A stretch of DNA of 52,778 nucleotides, filler included, from Sphacelaria rigidula (GCA_964200075.2; 4 parts of 4 records of this genome joined end to end with filler, not necessarily neighbours in it); one strand, 5' to 3'. Positions 25,237 to 39,379 are shown, counted from the first letter of the whole stretch. A program made the numbers and translations. The notes: generated by a model not told the origin, from the letters alone.

Positions 25237-25554
25237 TTACAGATGGATACAGATAGACTGTTTAATATATACATCGCTCTTCAGAGGTCATCCTCCCTTT
25301 GGTCTTGGCAATTCAACCAGAGATGACATGGGCACAAACAACATGTCTTCTACTCTGCTCCTGGTCTCTGCCGCCTGCCTGACAGCTTTTGTATTGCCAG
25401 ATTGACTGCGGGATCAAAACCAGCCACGGGTTCTCCGGGACGAGTTTCCGTATAGATGCCCAACGTCCACACGTTCACGGGAAAAGGCGTTTTGTGCAGG
25501 GAAGAAACAGCTGATCTTGACTTCTTTGACCGCGAGGGTAGTTAATCTTGATCA

Positions 25555-25700
25555 TGCATACGAGCTGAGCCAGCCTAGACACGGATTTAAGCTCTCAAGG
25601 CAATATCTCGTCGACACGGACGAGTTGGGCCATGATCCGCATACTGCATGAAACGTCCAACCAAGGGGAAGGTGCCCATCTGCTCAAGATTTTGGGCTCA
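25555..25700 (+). repeat. Dispersed repeat segment, homologous to ~35530-35672
   Basis: acgagctg.gc.agcct.ga.acggattta.gctctcaa.gcaata..tc.tcgaca.ggac...ttgggcc.tgatccgcata...gtgcccatct.ctcaa is present in both places. Confidence 0.75.
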
Positions 25701-26341
25701 TATTCTCTCGATGATTAACCTTTAGATGACGAGCGTCGCCTTGGAACAGTTGTACAGGCTGACAGTCCGGAGAAAGCCGGGGGGTTCCAGGGCTCGGGGG
25801 GGGGGGGGGGGGGGAGATTAAGGGGGGGGGGGGGGGCGGCCGGAGGGCGGGGGGGGAGGTCAGGNNNNNNNNNNCAGATTGGCGGCGAGCGCAGAGGGGG
25901 ACGAGAGGCGGAGGCCGGCACTCTTCAGGGGTGAGGGGTGTCTGCACGCAGAGCACCGGAGAAGCTCACGGAGTCAACCATGTGTGTTCGGGAGTTTCCC
26001 GCGGAAAATTATGAGCCGTGCACGAGGCTCGAGAGACGCGGGATGATCATTCTAACCAATCACGGTTGTCAAAATGAGCACTATTGTTACGGAAGAGGCA
26101 AACACATGGTGGACACATTCGCTTAGCCTCATAACCCATTTTGATCATTCCCAATCAACCATAAATTATGTAACCGACACGCAGGTGTTTGAGCATCTTC
26201 GGTACACTGTTCTGTCCGTCTGTTCAGTACTGCATTGGCGTTGTACTAGCTCCACACCTCCATCTGGTATCAAACGTCATGGCGCAACACGCGAGCGGCG
26301 GCCACGAGTACCCGACGCACGTAGATGTAGACAAGTACTTG

Positions 26342-26441
26342 NNNNNNNNNNNNNNNNNNNNNNNNNNNNNNNNNNNNNNNNNNNNTTAATTAATTAANNN
26401 NNNNNNNNNNNNNNNNNNNNNNNNNNNNNNNNNNNNNNNNN
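26342..26441. other. Artificial 100-nt contig spacer
   Basis: N run with a TTAATTAATTAA linker. Confidence 0.99.
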
Positions 26442-27465
26442 CTTTCCTAGGCAAAAAACGAGAAGGTATACCTTTTCTAGGCCATTGCCCATTTTATACC
26501 ATCTTGCCTCGCAGGACCGCGGGTGGGAACAATAATGTGCTGGTACATGTGAAGGGTAGAAAACAAAAACAAGGATGAAAACTGAGCTGTGCACTTTTGT
26601 GCAAACTCAAGGAGTCGAGGGTGCTGCACACTGTACTTATGGCAGACAAGCAAGGGTGGCTATGGTGAGCCATCGACTATAAATCATATAATGTACGATT
26701 TCAATTCTCTGCTGGGTAGAGACGTCTAGATGCTTCTAGTATTGTTGTCTACTGTAGCCGGCAACTTCGTATGCGGTGTCGTAGCACCCCCCTAGTGTGA
26801 TGAACTATCCATATTCAACCTCGAGTTTCGATCTCTTCCAAATGAACGAAGGTGGCTTCACTAGAAAGCCGTGCTGTATATTGTGGAAAGATCCCCGTGG
26901 GTGTCTTCAACCTGTGCTGCTTGATGGTAGTGAACGTGCCCAGATACCCGAGCCAATCAAGTCTGTCACCGAGGGGTGTTATACAAGTACATCGACATGG
27001 ACAGCAGAAAACAGCACAGGATGGTGCCGATTTGTGCAACAGTCCGTGCAGAATCGTAGCGTAGAACAGAGTCAGCAAGCACAGGAAGGCACAACACTAT
27101 AGACAGTAGAGTAGTTTGGTGACAAGCACCCAACGCGTTGCCTTGAAGTGCAGTGTCCTCTGGTGCACAGCTTGGTATAGTTTTACCTCTCCTGTCCGTA
27201 GCCGACGTTGGCACATTGAATTGCAAACTTCAAACTTCAATCGCAGCATTTTGAAATGCGGTATAAGTCCGTCGGCGCAACACGTGTTGTTCCCTCTTTG
27301 CCGAGCTGGTACTGTTGTCTGTACTGTCTGTCTGTCAGTAGTACAAAGTATGTACAGCAGTACAACTCTACAGGCACCAGGTACCGCTCTAATAGTGCTA
27401 CTCTGCTGTGTAACCCGTACTGCATGTAACCCTGCGTCCATTCCTCGTTGCCGGTGCTGCCTCAG

Positions 27466-30400
27466 GCACCACAGCGTGGCCGTCTGCCGCCGACCTCGCT
27501 TGGTTGTGAGTCTGTGCTTCGCAGTGACTTTGGCGTGCTCGTTGGGCCTGTTCAGAGTGAGCATCATCACCAACCCGGACCTTATTTGGGTGAGAAAGCA
27601 ATATGAAAGCACCGGAGGTACGGTTAGATTCGTCTTCCTTGTGCTTTGTACCATTCGTTTGCAAGTATGATGCAAAGAGCTGGTGTACAATACGTTGACT
27701 GTATCGCGAGTGTGGCACACCACCACATTACCTGACGAAGCACACGGGCGGGTACATGGACGATAGTACAACCGACACAAAATCATGGCGAAATTGAAGA
27801 AGTATTCAAGAGGTGAGCCGAGAATGCTGTGGGGGGTAGACTTTGATCCCCTGTACTGTATTATTTGTTCCATGTTTTTCAGGAGGTTTCAATGTCGCAT
27901 GTTGCTGCTCTCTTGTGTTGCCGACGACGTAGTTTGTGTTGGCGTGTGATGACATTCTGCGTTCTTACAGGTACCTCCCAACAGCCGGGCAAACAGGCAG
28001 AAGGAGTTCTTTGACTCCGCTTTCTCTCCGTTTTTCAGAGTGAATCAGGTGAGAAACGCCTCGTTTGTTTATAGCGTCATCGCCTGTAGGATAAAACGAT
28101 ATTTCGAGCGCGTCATAGTCGACAATTCCTTTCTGGATCGTGGTCGCGATGACAGTAGACACGTGCTAATCGGTCTTGTGATAACGCGACACGCACGTCG
28201 GTGAAAAAGCCTGGAAGATTTCGAAGGCGGCGCGCCCTTGCTGTCCTGGTCCAATCCTTCGCTTTCATATTCGCCTGGGATCGTGCTCCAACGCATCCCA
28301 TTTGTGAGATCATAATGGACTGCTTTGAACCTGTCGGTGGCATTTGCATGTGGTGCGGGGGATTTTCAGTCATTGTAGCCGAGCCTTCTGACCTTCTCGC
28401 AACGCGTAACGGACAGCTGAACCAACGAACTAAGATCGCCTCTTACGTGGAAGCAATACATGGCCAGTCTCCTTCCACGCCCTACTGTAGCTCGTTTTCT
28501 ATTATTTAGTTTATCGTGCTCTGTCCTACTTTGTTTTCGTGTATCGGCCTTCTGGCCCGAAGCATTCGGCAGGAAACTGCCCACTTTCCTTTATTTTTAT
28601 CGTCTTCTTCACTTCACTGTACTATGTCGGGTTATTTTCGTTGATTTCCCCTCCTTCTCGAGTTTCCTCAGCGAGCAACTGTTCCGTTCGTCGACCTTGA
28701 ATAAATCTATATTGCGACCGCCGTGGGATGTCAAGCTCATCACATCACCTGTTGAGAGGTAATCAATCGATGACATTTCCCTCACTTCTCAACAAATCCA
28801 TGATCGCTTTTCATGTTGTCTTTCTCCCTTGGTCGGTCATCGCACACCAGGTTTATTTTGTGGCAAGCGAAATGGAGGATAGTGTAGACAAGCCCGACAT
28901 GATCAACACGCAGTATCTCCAGCGGGTGATGAGCGTTCAAAGGGCGATCGAGACTGCCAATTTTACAAGCGCCATGGACGGCCAGGTCAGTGCCGGAAAA
29001 GGACCCCGAGATGGTGTGGTGTCCTCATGCTATGCCAGCGTATTTTCCGTTCTTGACGCAAATAAAAAAATACCCCCGTTTAGCTACCGTAGTGCAAAAA
29101 TGATCAGAGCTGTTGATTCGCCTGCACGTATTTTCTAGTCTTCGCTTATGTCCAGGGCTGACCAAACTGAACCCTTAGTGCATATTCGTACCTGCGTGGT
29201 GCTGTTTGGGGTGCAGACTTGAATCTATGAGAGCGGAGGGGGGCGGGGACGGGGGTTGAAATACCACCGAATGGTTGATTTCCGCGTATTGAATTTCCCT
29301 CCACCTGCGGGGGAAAGATGTGGCGGAGGTCACGAGAAAGTGTCCAATAGAGGACTATTCCGTGGATTCGTCTTTTCTCCTCGAGTTTTTGTTCAGCCGG
29401 TGTTTCCGTTTTATTTATTCTGAGTATAGGTCATTTAATAGTGGCTGAATTCCCAACGGACCACTTATTCAATGCCTCCATTCATCCATGGAAATCAATC
29501 TAATGGATGGAAGACGAACTAATCATATGCTGGTTCGGCACTACAGTACGGTACATCTTGTACGGAGCGTACTCGCGACCAAAGGAGGCGAGCGTTCGTT
29601 ACCCAAGCCATAAATCCATCATAAAAAATAATGGGCCACTAGCGGTGGGTCATTTATCTCACACCCTAAGCCAACTCATGAAGGCGACGTCAACGAAAGT
29701 GAAATCGAGAACCCTCGGGTACAGGCAGCCCCTCGGACCGGGTCCCCTCTGTGTGCGCTAGGAGGGCGCACCAACGAGTGTGGTATTGGCGAAGATATTC
29801 TAAAATTCCGAATGTGCGACATCCGCTCTAAAACTACCTGGTCAAGATATTTCCGGCGACGGGGTCGGAGAAAGCCCCCACTCAATCAGAGTATGTCAGA
29901 GGACAGCAGTTCGGCTACAGTACACTTGTTTGTCGCATTAGTTTTCGCGTGCAGTACGGCCGTAGATGTCGTAGATCCCCACCACATGATATATCCGCAT
30001 GCATGCCTACCGGCCGGTCGTGGTTCGTTTGCAGTCCACCAACTTCGCGTCGCTGTGCTTCAAGCCCATCGACGGGGAAGGCTGTCTGGTGGAGTCCCCG
30101 TCCCAGTACTGGCTCAAGGATCCCGTGCTGTTGGGCGAGGATCCAAGCCCTAGCCTCACGGCATCTTGTCAGACCACGGAGCCCTTTCTGGCGTCTCGTA
30201 GCCCCTGCATGGACAAGGTGTGCCCGTTTTCGTGTTCCTCCGCGTCGTACGTTTGGCTCCTAACATTCCCCGGGAAGTGTTTGTAGTGTTGGAGGATTAA
30301 GCCACCTCTTGCCCTGTGCTCCCCTCGCACTCGGGGGCATAGAGCACGGGATGTTGACCCTTACCGCAGCCCGTTGATTTATATGGAGTTCGTTTCGTTT

Positions 30401-33400
30401 TTTCAATTTATGTTTTCACGTTTGTGGAGATGTCCGCAACCGGACAAAGGTACTGTACTTTCGGGAATCAAGGGCATGTAATCCACCCAGACTGGTGAGG
30501 ACACGTCAATTTGACCGACGGGACGCGACCGGATGGGGTATTCTAACGACACGAGCGCGTGACCCATATTCGCTCTTCAGGAAAAATACGTTCAAGCCAG
30601 ACGCGTGACCTCCCCTTCCCCCTTGTCGTTTTTTGCAGATTGGAACTCCAGTTATGCGACAGGTGGTGTTTGGGGATCTTGGCACGAACGCCGATGTTAT
30701 CAGTCCAGATCCTTGCGGGGGCGGCGTACCTGCAGCTGGAGCTCTGGTGCTCACGTTCCTGTTGAATAATTACCAAGATTCAAACTTCCAGCGCCTGGCG
30801 GAGCAATGGGAGAAGGAGGTAGGGGGGTTTTCTTGTTTGGCGGTTTAGTCTCATTTACCTGTTTTTGTGGCAGATGCTGTTATTTTCGCTGGCCGCTGTT
30901 GTTTGCTGTGTTTGCTGTTGCGGAGTTGTTGTTGATTCTGTAGTTGATCATTCTGATTCTTGTGTGTGTTCATGTCTGAAGGTATTGCTGTATGTGCTTG
31001 TAGTGGTAAATATCGCTTTTGTCAGGTTGGTGTGTGGGGGGGGGGGGTTCTGGCCCAAGTTTTTGGTCGGGCTACTTGTATGGTTTTGCGTTGGGCGTGG
31101 GCTTTGTAAAAGCGCGTGTACCGATTCGTTTTCAGTGTTGAAAAAAGATACCAGTGTGATCTGCAGCCATCACTTGTTGAGAGTTTACAATTTCTGACAG
31201 GGGCACGATAAGGTGTTCATATGTTGTTGTTACTTGCACTGTTAGGCCTTCTTCAAGGTGGAAAATAAATCAATATTGGGTGCACTTACGTGGCAGGTTT
31301 TTCTTGCTATCGTGGAGGAGGCGCGAGATGTACTGGGGAACGACGTGCAGGTCCCGATGAAGGTGATGATCATACCAAAGAGATTCTGGGGTTACATGCC
31401 CATGAGTTTTGCCAAATTCCCACACACATTCAACACTTTTGGCCCCCGTGTCGTGGAAATCGGGATGAAGAGATTTATCCGCGGGGTAGTTTTCGCCAGG
31501 TGGTCTCGATAACAGACTCAAACTTGTCGTTTTCTCTCCGCATGGGGTTCTTTTAGGGCTTGACTATAGTGGCTATGGCAAACAGTTTGTTGTTGAGAAG
31601 TCGGCACAACGCGGGTTTTCCTTTGCCATATCACTTCACCGCCTAGGGCATTGGATTGCTGTGGCAATCTAGTCTACATATAAAGGTCAAAGTGTTGAAA
31701 CATAAGGTGTAGTATTCTCACGCTTGACTTTTTTATTGTTCCCTGGCATTTTGGACTCCTCCCTTACGTGGTGACTTGGCAGTCAGTCTGAGGGAATCAA
31801 CTTCATCTCTTCCCCAGGTACATGACCGTCACTTTCATGATGTGAGACGGAAAACATTGAGTCAAGAACGTGTGTGTCGCGTATCCCGTGGTTTGTTATT
31901 GGGATTGCATCAAGGTCTGCTGATTTTTTAATCTACACCCCTCCCTCAAGAAGGTCTGGATCCAGCATCGGTTCGGACCCTGATGACTCAAAACCACAGG
32001 CGCAATCGAAACCTCAGAGTGGTGGGAACACGCGACCATCAATCGCCATGTTGACGGGACTCGAAATACGAGAAGTTGATCTAGATAAAACAAGCCCTCG
32101 TCACAGTACACGAACCGCAACGGTAGGACGAAGCTAGCCCCGAATGGAAGATGGAGGATAGCCTGCCCATTGTTTCCGGCGTCGGTGGCGGTGGTGGCAA
32201 TGGCAGTGCTGGTAACAATTCACACGTGCGCTCCTTGGTTTGGCTGGCCAGGTGTCATACATGGCGCAGAGATCTGTGGAGGATAGCCTCTCTGTGGAGG
32301 CCGGCGAAAACGCATGGGTTCTGATAGTGTCGTACCTCCTTATGTTCTTGTACGTGGCGCTTGTGCTCGGAAAACCCTGTCATCCCATCAGGTATGTTTC
32401 TATATGTACTCCACCCCAATTATTTTGTAAACCAGGATTGACAAAAGTCCCGGAGGTTCGGTCTGAGCCATTATAGCGCAGACGAGAGCAGGAGGAGGGT
32501 TGCGGCCACCCGCAGGGGGCTCCATGGGCAAAAAATGTAGGATTTCCACATCAAGCTACATAGAATGGGGAGTCCCCAAGTGTCTTTTGTCGCTTACCGA
32601 GGAAAAGATCCCCGCGAAACACTATTTTTATGCGGCGAGCTGCATATTGCTCTCCCCCAAAACTGCGTTGCGCGCGATTTAGGCAACAAATTTGCGCTTG
32701 CGCAGATGCGCAGACGACTTTTTCAGCCGTGGTCTACACTGAGCACGGCCCGTCTTGAGTCTCCATGTATTTCGTCCCGTAAATATACACCCTACGGAAT
32801 GCCCGCCGCGCCCCGCCGGTCTAGCTCGTACAGCAACACAATATACCAATATAGTGGAGCCAGGTGGGGCGAGAGATGGTTGTTCCGAATCCCAGCAGAG
32901 TCGATTTTTTTTAAGCGAAATCTCGTTGCTGTTGTTCAAAATGTGACGACGGGAGCATTTTTTTTTTCTTTCACGAGAGTCGAGGCGATGCGGATTGCTG
33001 ATGATGATCCAATTTACGATACCGGAATGCCAGGCAGGTATCAAGGCAGAGATGGAATGATTGATTTTCTTGAGGCCACGCCACGGACACGTCGTATCGT
33101 CAAAGTGGAGGGGTCGGAAGTATGATGAGAAGAAAAAGGAGACGAGAAACAAGGGAGTAAAGCGCATATTAGGTACTCATCCCGTCCCACATATCATGTT
33201 TCCATGCCGTCATGCCATCCCTTCCGCCAGATGGGTGCTTGTTGTTCACATGCAGGTGACGAATACCAGCCATACCTTGTGTTGACCTTCTCCACCGACC
33301 GCGTTGCTTGAAATATGTTGTGGATTGAACAGTCAACCAAATGAACCCTCGTCCGCTTGACAGTTGTTTTTGCGTACGCATGGCCTGTATCGACGTTTTT

Positions 33401-33527
33401 CGCGTACCAGGTCGAGGTATTCGTTGGCTTTGAGTGGCATTACCATTGTTGTGGCCAGCCTCGGCACGGCGATCGGTTTGCTGTCCGTATTCGGGGTGGG
33501 CACTACGCTGATCGTGTGGGAGGTGAG

Positions 33528-33575
<48 letters not shown>

Positions 33576-36500
33576 CGCTCACCACGATACGACTATGGCT
33601 ATATACGGCTTGACGAATGACCTTGCCAAGCATGCCGTTCCGACATGCACGTGCATCCACTTGGACAGAAGGGACAGTAACATTGTTGTTTTGCAGTGTA
33701 TCTTCCGTCGGTAGCCGTGGCCTAACTCGTCTATCATGCCAGGAATGCCTCGTCGCGGACATCTCTCGACTGTCCACTTCTTAATGGCTGCACCATAGCC
33801 ACCGCGCGTCGATGGTCAAAGTGGAACAGTACGTCATCATGTATTTTTACGTGGAGTGATGGGTTGAAATCCCGACCAGGTTGCTGTTGTTGTTGGTATC
33901 GGTTCCCACCGTGAAAAGCGTGATAATGCGACTTCACCATACGAGCTGGGCCAGCGTAAAAGCGAATTTGGAGTTTGCAGGTCAATCCGCAATTTTCTAC
34001 TTGGGTTCGGGCACTGAAAATTGTTATGGACAATCAACAGGGCATGAAAAGTATATACATATGCGTGGTCCCAAAGATTTCTTTTTATTTTTGGTGATTT
34101 ATAACGCATTATTGCCCTCAACTCATGAAAAAACAATCGTTGGGACCACGCATATATACATATATATATATATACACAAATTTTCATGCCCTGTTGATTG
34201 TCCAATTTGCCTTTTTCAAACCCGGGCCGGTGGAAATTTGGAACAATATTTTGCAGGCCGTTTACCGGCCCACGTTTGGTGTTTGTGTATTGAAACTTTG
34301 TGCGGGACCTCACTAGGTCATGATACACCAAGAATAATGAACCAGGTGGGCTTTTTCTTTTTTTACTGTTTTAAAGCGTGGTAGTATGGTAACGACCATA
34401 TTTTCACGAGAACGCCCGAACCTCCCCCCCCCCAAAATAAATAAAAATTAAGGCCCCCCTTTTTTTTATTCAGCATACCTCTGTGGTTCTCCGTGCTAAG
34501 TTTCAAATCACAATTGTAAGCTGAAAAATTGAGTCAAGGCCTGAGAGCAATGTTCATTTCTCCTCAGAACTCCCCTAAAAACAGGAAAAAACATGAAAAA
34601 CGAAAAACGAAAAAAGGTTAAGAGCTATGTTATTTTAATATGCACTAGCGGTTCTTCACACGAAATTTCATAGCACAACTCTCAACAACTGAGACGCGAT
34701 ATCCAGATTTAAGGCATCTAGTGCCTCTGCTCGTAATATATTGATTTTATTATAGAACCTCATGTGCACCATATAGCATCTCCAGATTAATTACGAATTA
34801 GGTGAAGGTGAGGGTATCTATCGTCTCCGCTCCAGGGAAGGTCCACACCGAAAATCGTCATCATCTGCTGAATGTATCGTTCGGGCTTTTGTATAGGGTT
34901 ACCGTTATTTCAAGAATGTGTCAATCATCAATGTCATGGCCCCGAACTGAGACAAACTCGCCGCATGTCGAGTGTCAAGTGCCAGTGCCAGTAGCGAATC
35001 TCACTGAATGCTTTTGGTATCATCACACCATACGCATTCAAAGTGCTCAGCCACGGTTTCAGTGACATAAAAGTGGACGGCGAGCGTGTGAGGTCGCGTA
35101 GCAGCCTACCAACCCTCTGGTTTCGTGCAATCAACCGCCTCCTCCCCCAGCGCCTATCGTAGAACCACTCCAAGCTGCGAGCCGGGCATATACAGCGAGA
35201 GCGCCGCAAGGTGTACTATCAATAAGTCAGCTTCTCGACTCTCTTTCCTGCGGAGAAGAAGTGCAAGCTCAGCGCAGTTCGTAATTGCCGTCGATTTCTG
35301 ATCCCGAAGAGTCCCAACCATGGGGATGCGGCCATCCCAACGACACGAAATCCAGCATACTGCTGGTGCACTCTGGACTTTCATACAGAGGATCCTATTT
35401 TATGTGTCGGTCAGCCATACTCTTTCTCGAGACGGGCCACCAATCTCGAAGGGTCAACGCATCTTTTCCCCAGTACATGTCTGACAACGAATTGTCGGCC
35501 ATTGGGTGAGCACGGTCGACTTCGTAGAAACTACGAGCTGGGCTAGCCTGGAAACGGATTTATGCTCTCAAAGCAATACCTCATCGACATGGACAACTTG
35601 GGCCGTGATCCGCATATCGTATTAATCGTCCAATCAAGGGAAGGGTGCCCATCTACTCAAAAGCCTAGGCCAATATTTTTGCGTTGATTAAACCCCATGT
35701 GTAGCAATGTCTATACCATACGGAGATGGTGTCTATACTAAAATGTAACCCTAACCCTATCCAAAGTGGTGTTTGAACTCCGATACCGTCCAAAAAGCAC
35801 GCGGTCCTCCAACGCATTATAGATGAAATGGCTCCGAATTGGGGCACCCTCTGCTGCTTGGCACTTGACACTTGACAGTGACATCAGTGACTCTTCCATG
35901 TAAGAGCAAGAAATAACTGGTTTGAAGACAAGAAATCCCAACGCTTTCTCCCCTTCCCTGTCGTAGGACAACTCTACGTGTTTGATTTTTATGGTGCCCT
36001 TTTCGCTGCATCACGCGTTCCTGCTGTACTGGCAGGTGGTGCCATTTTTAACTCTTGCAATCGGGGTGGACAACATGGTTATCCTGTCCAGGGAGTTCGA
36101 CAGGTGGGAGACATCCGAGGAGTTGTGAAGAGCTCAACTCGCTGATACTATTCTTTTATAAGAGTTGAGAGCTGATCCACGGAGAAAAATGCTGCCATTT
36201 TTTATCTGTGTTGCGCTTTCTTGCTTGCACACGAGTACTCCTCCCTCCCAGCTGCTCCGTCTCGAAAGGGACGCGTGGCCAATGGTCATACGACTAAGGC
36301 AAGCAACAAAAGAGTACCCCCGCCCCTTCCCCCCCCCTTCTTCCGCCTGATCCAGCGAAAACCCGGCGTGCTCCGTCATGACTTTGTAGATATGCGAGGT
36401 CAATGGTCTTATGACTATGTGACTACGGCATGCAAGATCATGAGTACACCGTTCCCCTCTCAGCCGCCATCCGCCGGTCGCATTATGTGTCGATGTTTGA

Positions 36501-39228
36501 TGGATATATTTCCACGCCATGCTTTTATTCGTTGGACAGTTTTTGCGCTTGTCAGACCTTAATACTTATCGTCGTTACAATCGCTTGCCGGGATCCCAGT
36601 AGCATCCGGTCAGTATCGCATTTCAGCTGTCGTATTGTATGTACGAGTACAACATTTTGAGCTTTTTACCGCCCAGCTCGTTAGTTTGCAAGTAATCGGA
36701 CGAGCTTTCGGAGGAATCCGAAATGGTTGTGTGATATGGTGCAGTGAAGACACACACTTAGATATAGGGAGATATGGCGTCAAAAAGTCGTTCCACGCAG
36801 ATTGGTGGGGTGCCTACCCTACAGCTGGGGTTGTTCGCGACGACCCCATTTTAAAATAGTTTCCCCCCGTGCCGAGTTAGTTTTCTTCCACAAGTATTTT
36901 AGATAGTGTCAATCATGTCCCCCTCCGGAACATCGATCCATATTCTCACTTTGCATCAGAATAGCCGGGCTCGCTCAAAAGTATCAACATGCAAACTTTG
37001 TTTTCGACACATACTGCAATTATCGTCAGGAACGACGAAGAATCAAGCATGGTTTGTCGAGCGGTGTGCGCTGACGGCCCCTTTGTGGAGAGTTCGACCC
37101 GGTGCAATGTTGATGACCTCAAGAATGCGGTCTTGACGTTGGCTTAAGATGAAAAAAGAAATACTAGACTTTAGGGACATTTTGATGGCTTGCACCATCA
37201 CAATGAGTGGAAGAAAATTCTACCGTGTCAAATCCTTGATCAGACATCTGGGCATGGGCAGGTGTTCGTTGTCGGCACCTGGGTCGTCCTTTTTTTTCCG
37301 CCACATTTCCCATCCCTTCCATTCCTCGTGAGGAGTCCGTGGTCTCAAGGGATCAACTCTCTCCCCCTCGCACGCGTTGCATTTTGGGCACGCAGATTGG
37401 ATCAGCACTCCCGCGCCGCGTCAACTCTCGTCAATCAAACTCAGTAAATAGTTCTTTATCTTCACCTCTTCGCGCTTACAACGATGGTAACCAGATTTTT
37501 GAAGGGAAGCCCAATCGCATCTAGCAAAGATCGAACCCGCGTTCTCTGAACCCTGGTTTTATTATTTGAACCATTAGACTACGGGCGCCCTGCACGGGAC
37601 AGAAAACTGCGAAGAGATGTCCGCTGTGCAAGCTATTGATCATTTCGAGTCATTTACGTCCTGAACACATGTACGAGATCCGAGCTTTGGTCGTTGGCAC
37701 AGGGAAAAGCAAAAGAAACATGACCCTCGCGAACCGTAACATTCACGCAATAACATCGGGCCAAGACACCGCCACCGGACAGTCCCTTTACGAAACACGC
37801 AGGTTAGCTTTATTAGCTTGAATATTTGTTGATAGTCACTCCTGTAGACACCCACGCGCCTCTAACTGACTTTCATCTACGCTAACATAGTATGTCATTA
37901 TCCAGTATCAAGGAGTTTGCAAACGGGACCGTCAGCTCCCATATCCTCGGAACAATCTGTGTCGGGTGGGCAAACCGTTGATGATGGCTGTTTCATATGC
38001 CCTAGGTTTATCATTATTTTTTTCTTGGCGCTCTACTTACCGCGATGTTGTCATGTATATTATACACTGTGCAGGCTAGCAGCGGCGCCGGAATTCGAGG
38101 CTAGCGCGTCGGCTGTACATACACATAGTCCCTTGAGGCACCGTGACAGCGATACGGATATCTTCACCGCTTCTCATGAAGCAACATGTTCCGGACCGAC
38201 GTATGCATGGGCAAGAGATGTACTGGTGGGGAGGGGAGATTCACGATTTTCGTCTACACATTTGGAGGAACGAATGGGTGCGGCGGTTTCCAAGGTGTGA
38301 TTTCGGGTTTCGGCAATTCTCTTCCCTTCAAGGGTAGGTCGAGTAGAGTATACTCAATTGCGGGGTATCTTGAATTCGTACTTGGAGTACACAAATTGGA
38401 TGTAGGGTTTCAGGAATCGCTCCCCAGCTATTTTTACAGTACGACCCCCAGCACTCTACCCTTACTTGAGTACCCCGAGTACGTCTTTCAAAATACCCCG
38501 CATTTGAGTATACTCTACTCGACCTGCCCTTGCTTCCCTTGTTTGTTGTTGTTGTTGTTGTTGTGTGGTCGCGGGTGGTGATTCTGGTCACATCGACTCT
38601 CGTTATCTGAATAGTCAAATTTACTGACTTCTTGCCCTAACGGCCGACGTCCTTTCACTGTACTCCGTGGTGATGTCGTAGATGATATAGTGGGTCTGCT
38701 GATTGTTCTAGCTATACTTTCAAAGTTGATATTTCACGAGATCTCGTGGGCTGAATACGATGCATTATTTCACATGTCATAAAGGGAGGGGGGAGGAGGT
38801 TGGACACGTTAAACCCGAAAATGTTCTTAAGACGGTGAGGTTTCCAGCCGACCCAGACAATCTGTCCCCTCCGTTCTGTGGCGGCAGTGACGGCTCGTCA
38901 TTGCTCTCAGCCTTATGTTTACGAGACGTTTCTTGTTTTCTCCCAGCAATGGATGTTATTAGCTTTTTTCCGGCGTGTCGATAATTCCCTTTTTACCCTC
39001 AGTACTTGTCACGAACTCATCACTGTATTGTTCGGCATTTCCACAAGTCTGCTCACGTAGCATCGGCTGCTGCCTGCGTGATCCCCTGTGCAGGTGGCCC
39101 CGTCTATCCTGGGTGCTGCCGTATGCGAGGCCGGGGCTTTTTATGTGGGCGCTCTGACCGACATCCCTGCTTTAAGGCAGTTTTGTCTTGTGGCAGCCAC
39201 AGCGGTCGTCGTAGGCTTTGTTCTGCAG
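27466..39228 (+). CDS. NPC1: Niemann-Pick C1-like (Patched/RND family) sterol transporter, partial: TM2, middle luminal domain and sterol-sensing domain (~480 aa); both ends lie outside the recognised exons
   Basis: 11 GT-AG exons with consistent phases: 27466-27589, 27971-28048, 28851-28985, 30035-30217, 30639-30818, 31297-31362, 32252-32391, 33411-33522, 36036-36103, 38075-38294, 39094-39228. Motifs: ITNPDLIW-VPPNSRANRQKEFFDSAFSPFFRVNQ, LCFKPIDGEGCLVESPSQYW, ALVLTFLLNN...AEQWEKEVFL, SYMAQRSVEDSL...VSYLLMFLYV, TLIVWEVVPFLTLAIGVDNMVIL, VAPSIL...GALTDIPALRQFCLVAATAVVVGFVLQ. Confidence 0.93.
33529..33573 (+). repeat. (GAT)n microsatellite directly after a splice donor
   Basis: About 15 GAT units starting a few nt after GTGAGG at 33523. 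Confidence 0.95.
36250..36380 (+). mobile_element. LINE-tail/SINE fragment in an NPC1 intron
   Basis: ccgtctcgaaagggacgcgtggccaatggtcatacgactaaggcaagcaacaaaagagtac matches the LINE 3' end at 45553-45620. It is followed by gcctgatccagcgaaaacccggcgtgctccgtc. Confidence 0.75.
37320..37590 (-). mobile_element. tRNA-derived SINE-like element
   Basis: The minus strand starts gggcgcccgTAGTCTAATGGtt (A-box-like) and has GGGTTCGATC (B-box) about 50 nt downstream, with no intact cloverleaf. The body (37322-37435) is repeated at ~40942-41065. Confidence 0.65.
38331..38530. mobile_element. MITE (~200 bp) with long TIRs, in an NPC1 intron
   Basis: agggtaggtcgagtagagtatactcaattgcggggtat...ataccccgcatttgagtatactctactcgacctgccct; second copy at 40626-40826. 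Confidence 0.85.
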
Positions 39229-39379
39229 GTACGCGATGTGCCCGTCGTGGTATACTCGTAACCGTACAGCGTTTCATCTTGGTGCCTATGCTCTTCCTAC
39301 AAAAGTACGTAGAATTTCTCGATGTCGGACAACACGCGACGACACTAAATATCTACCGTGTCCGGTATGACGTCTTTTG

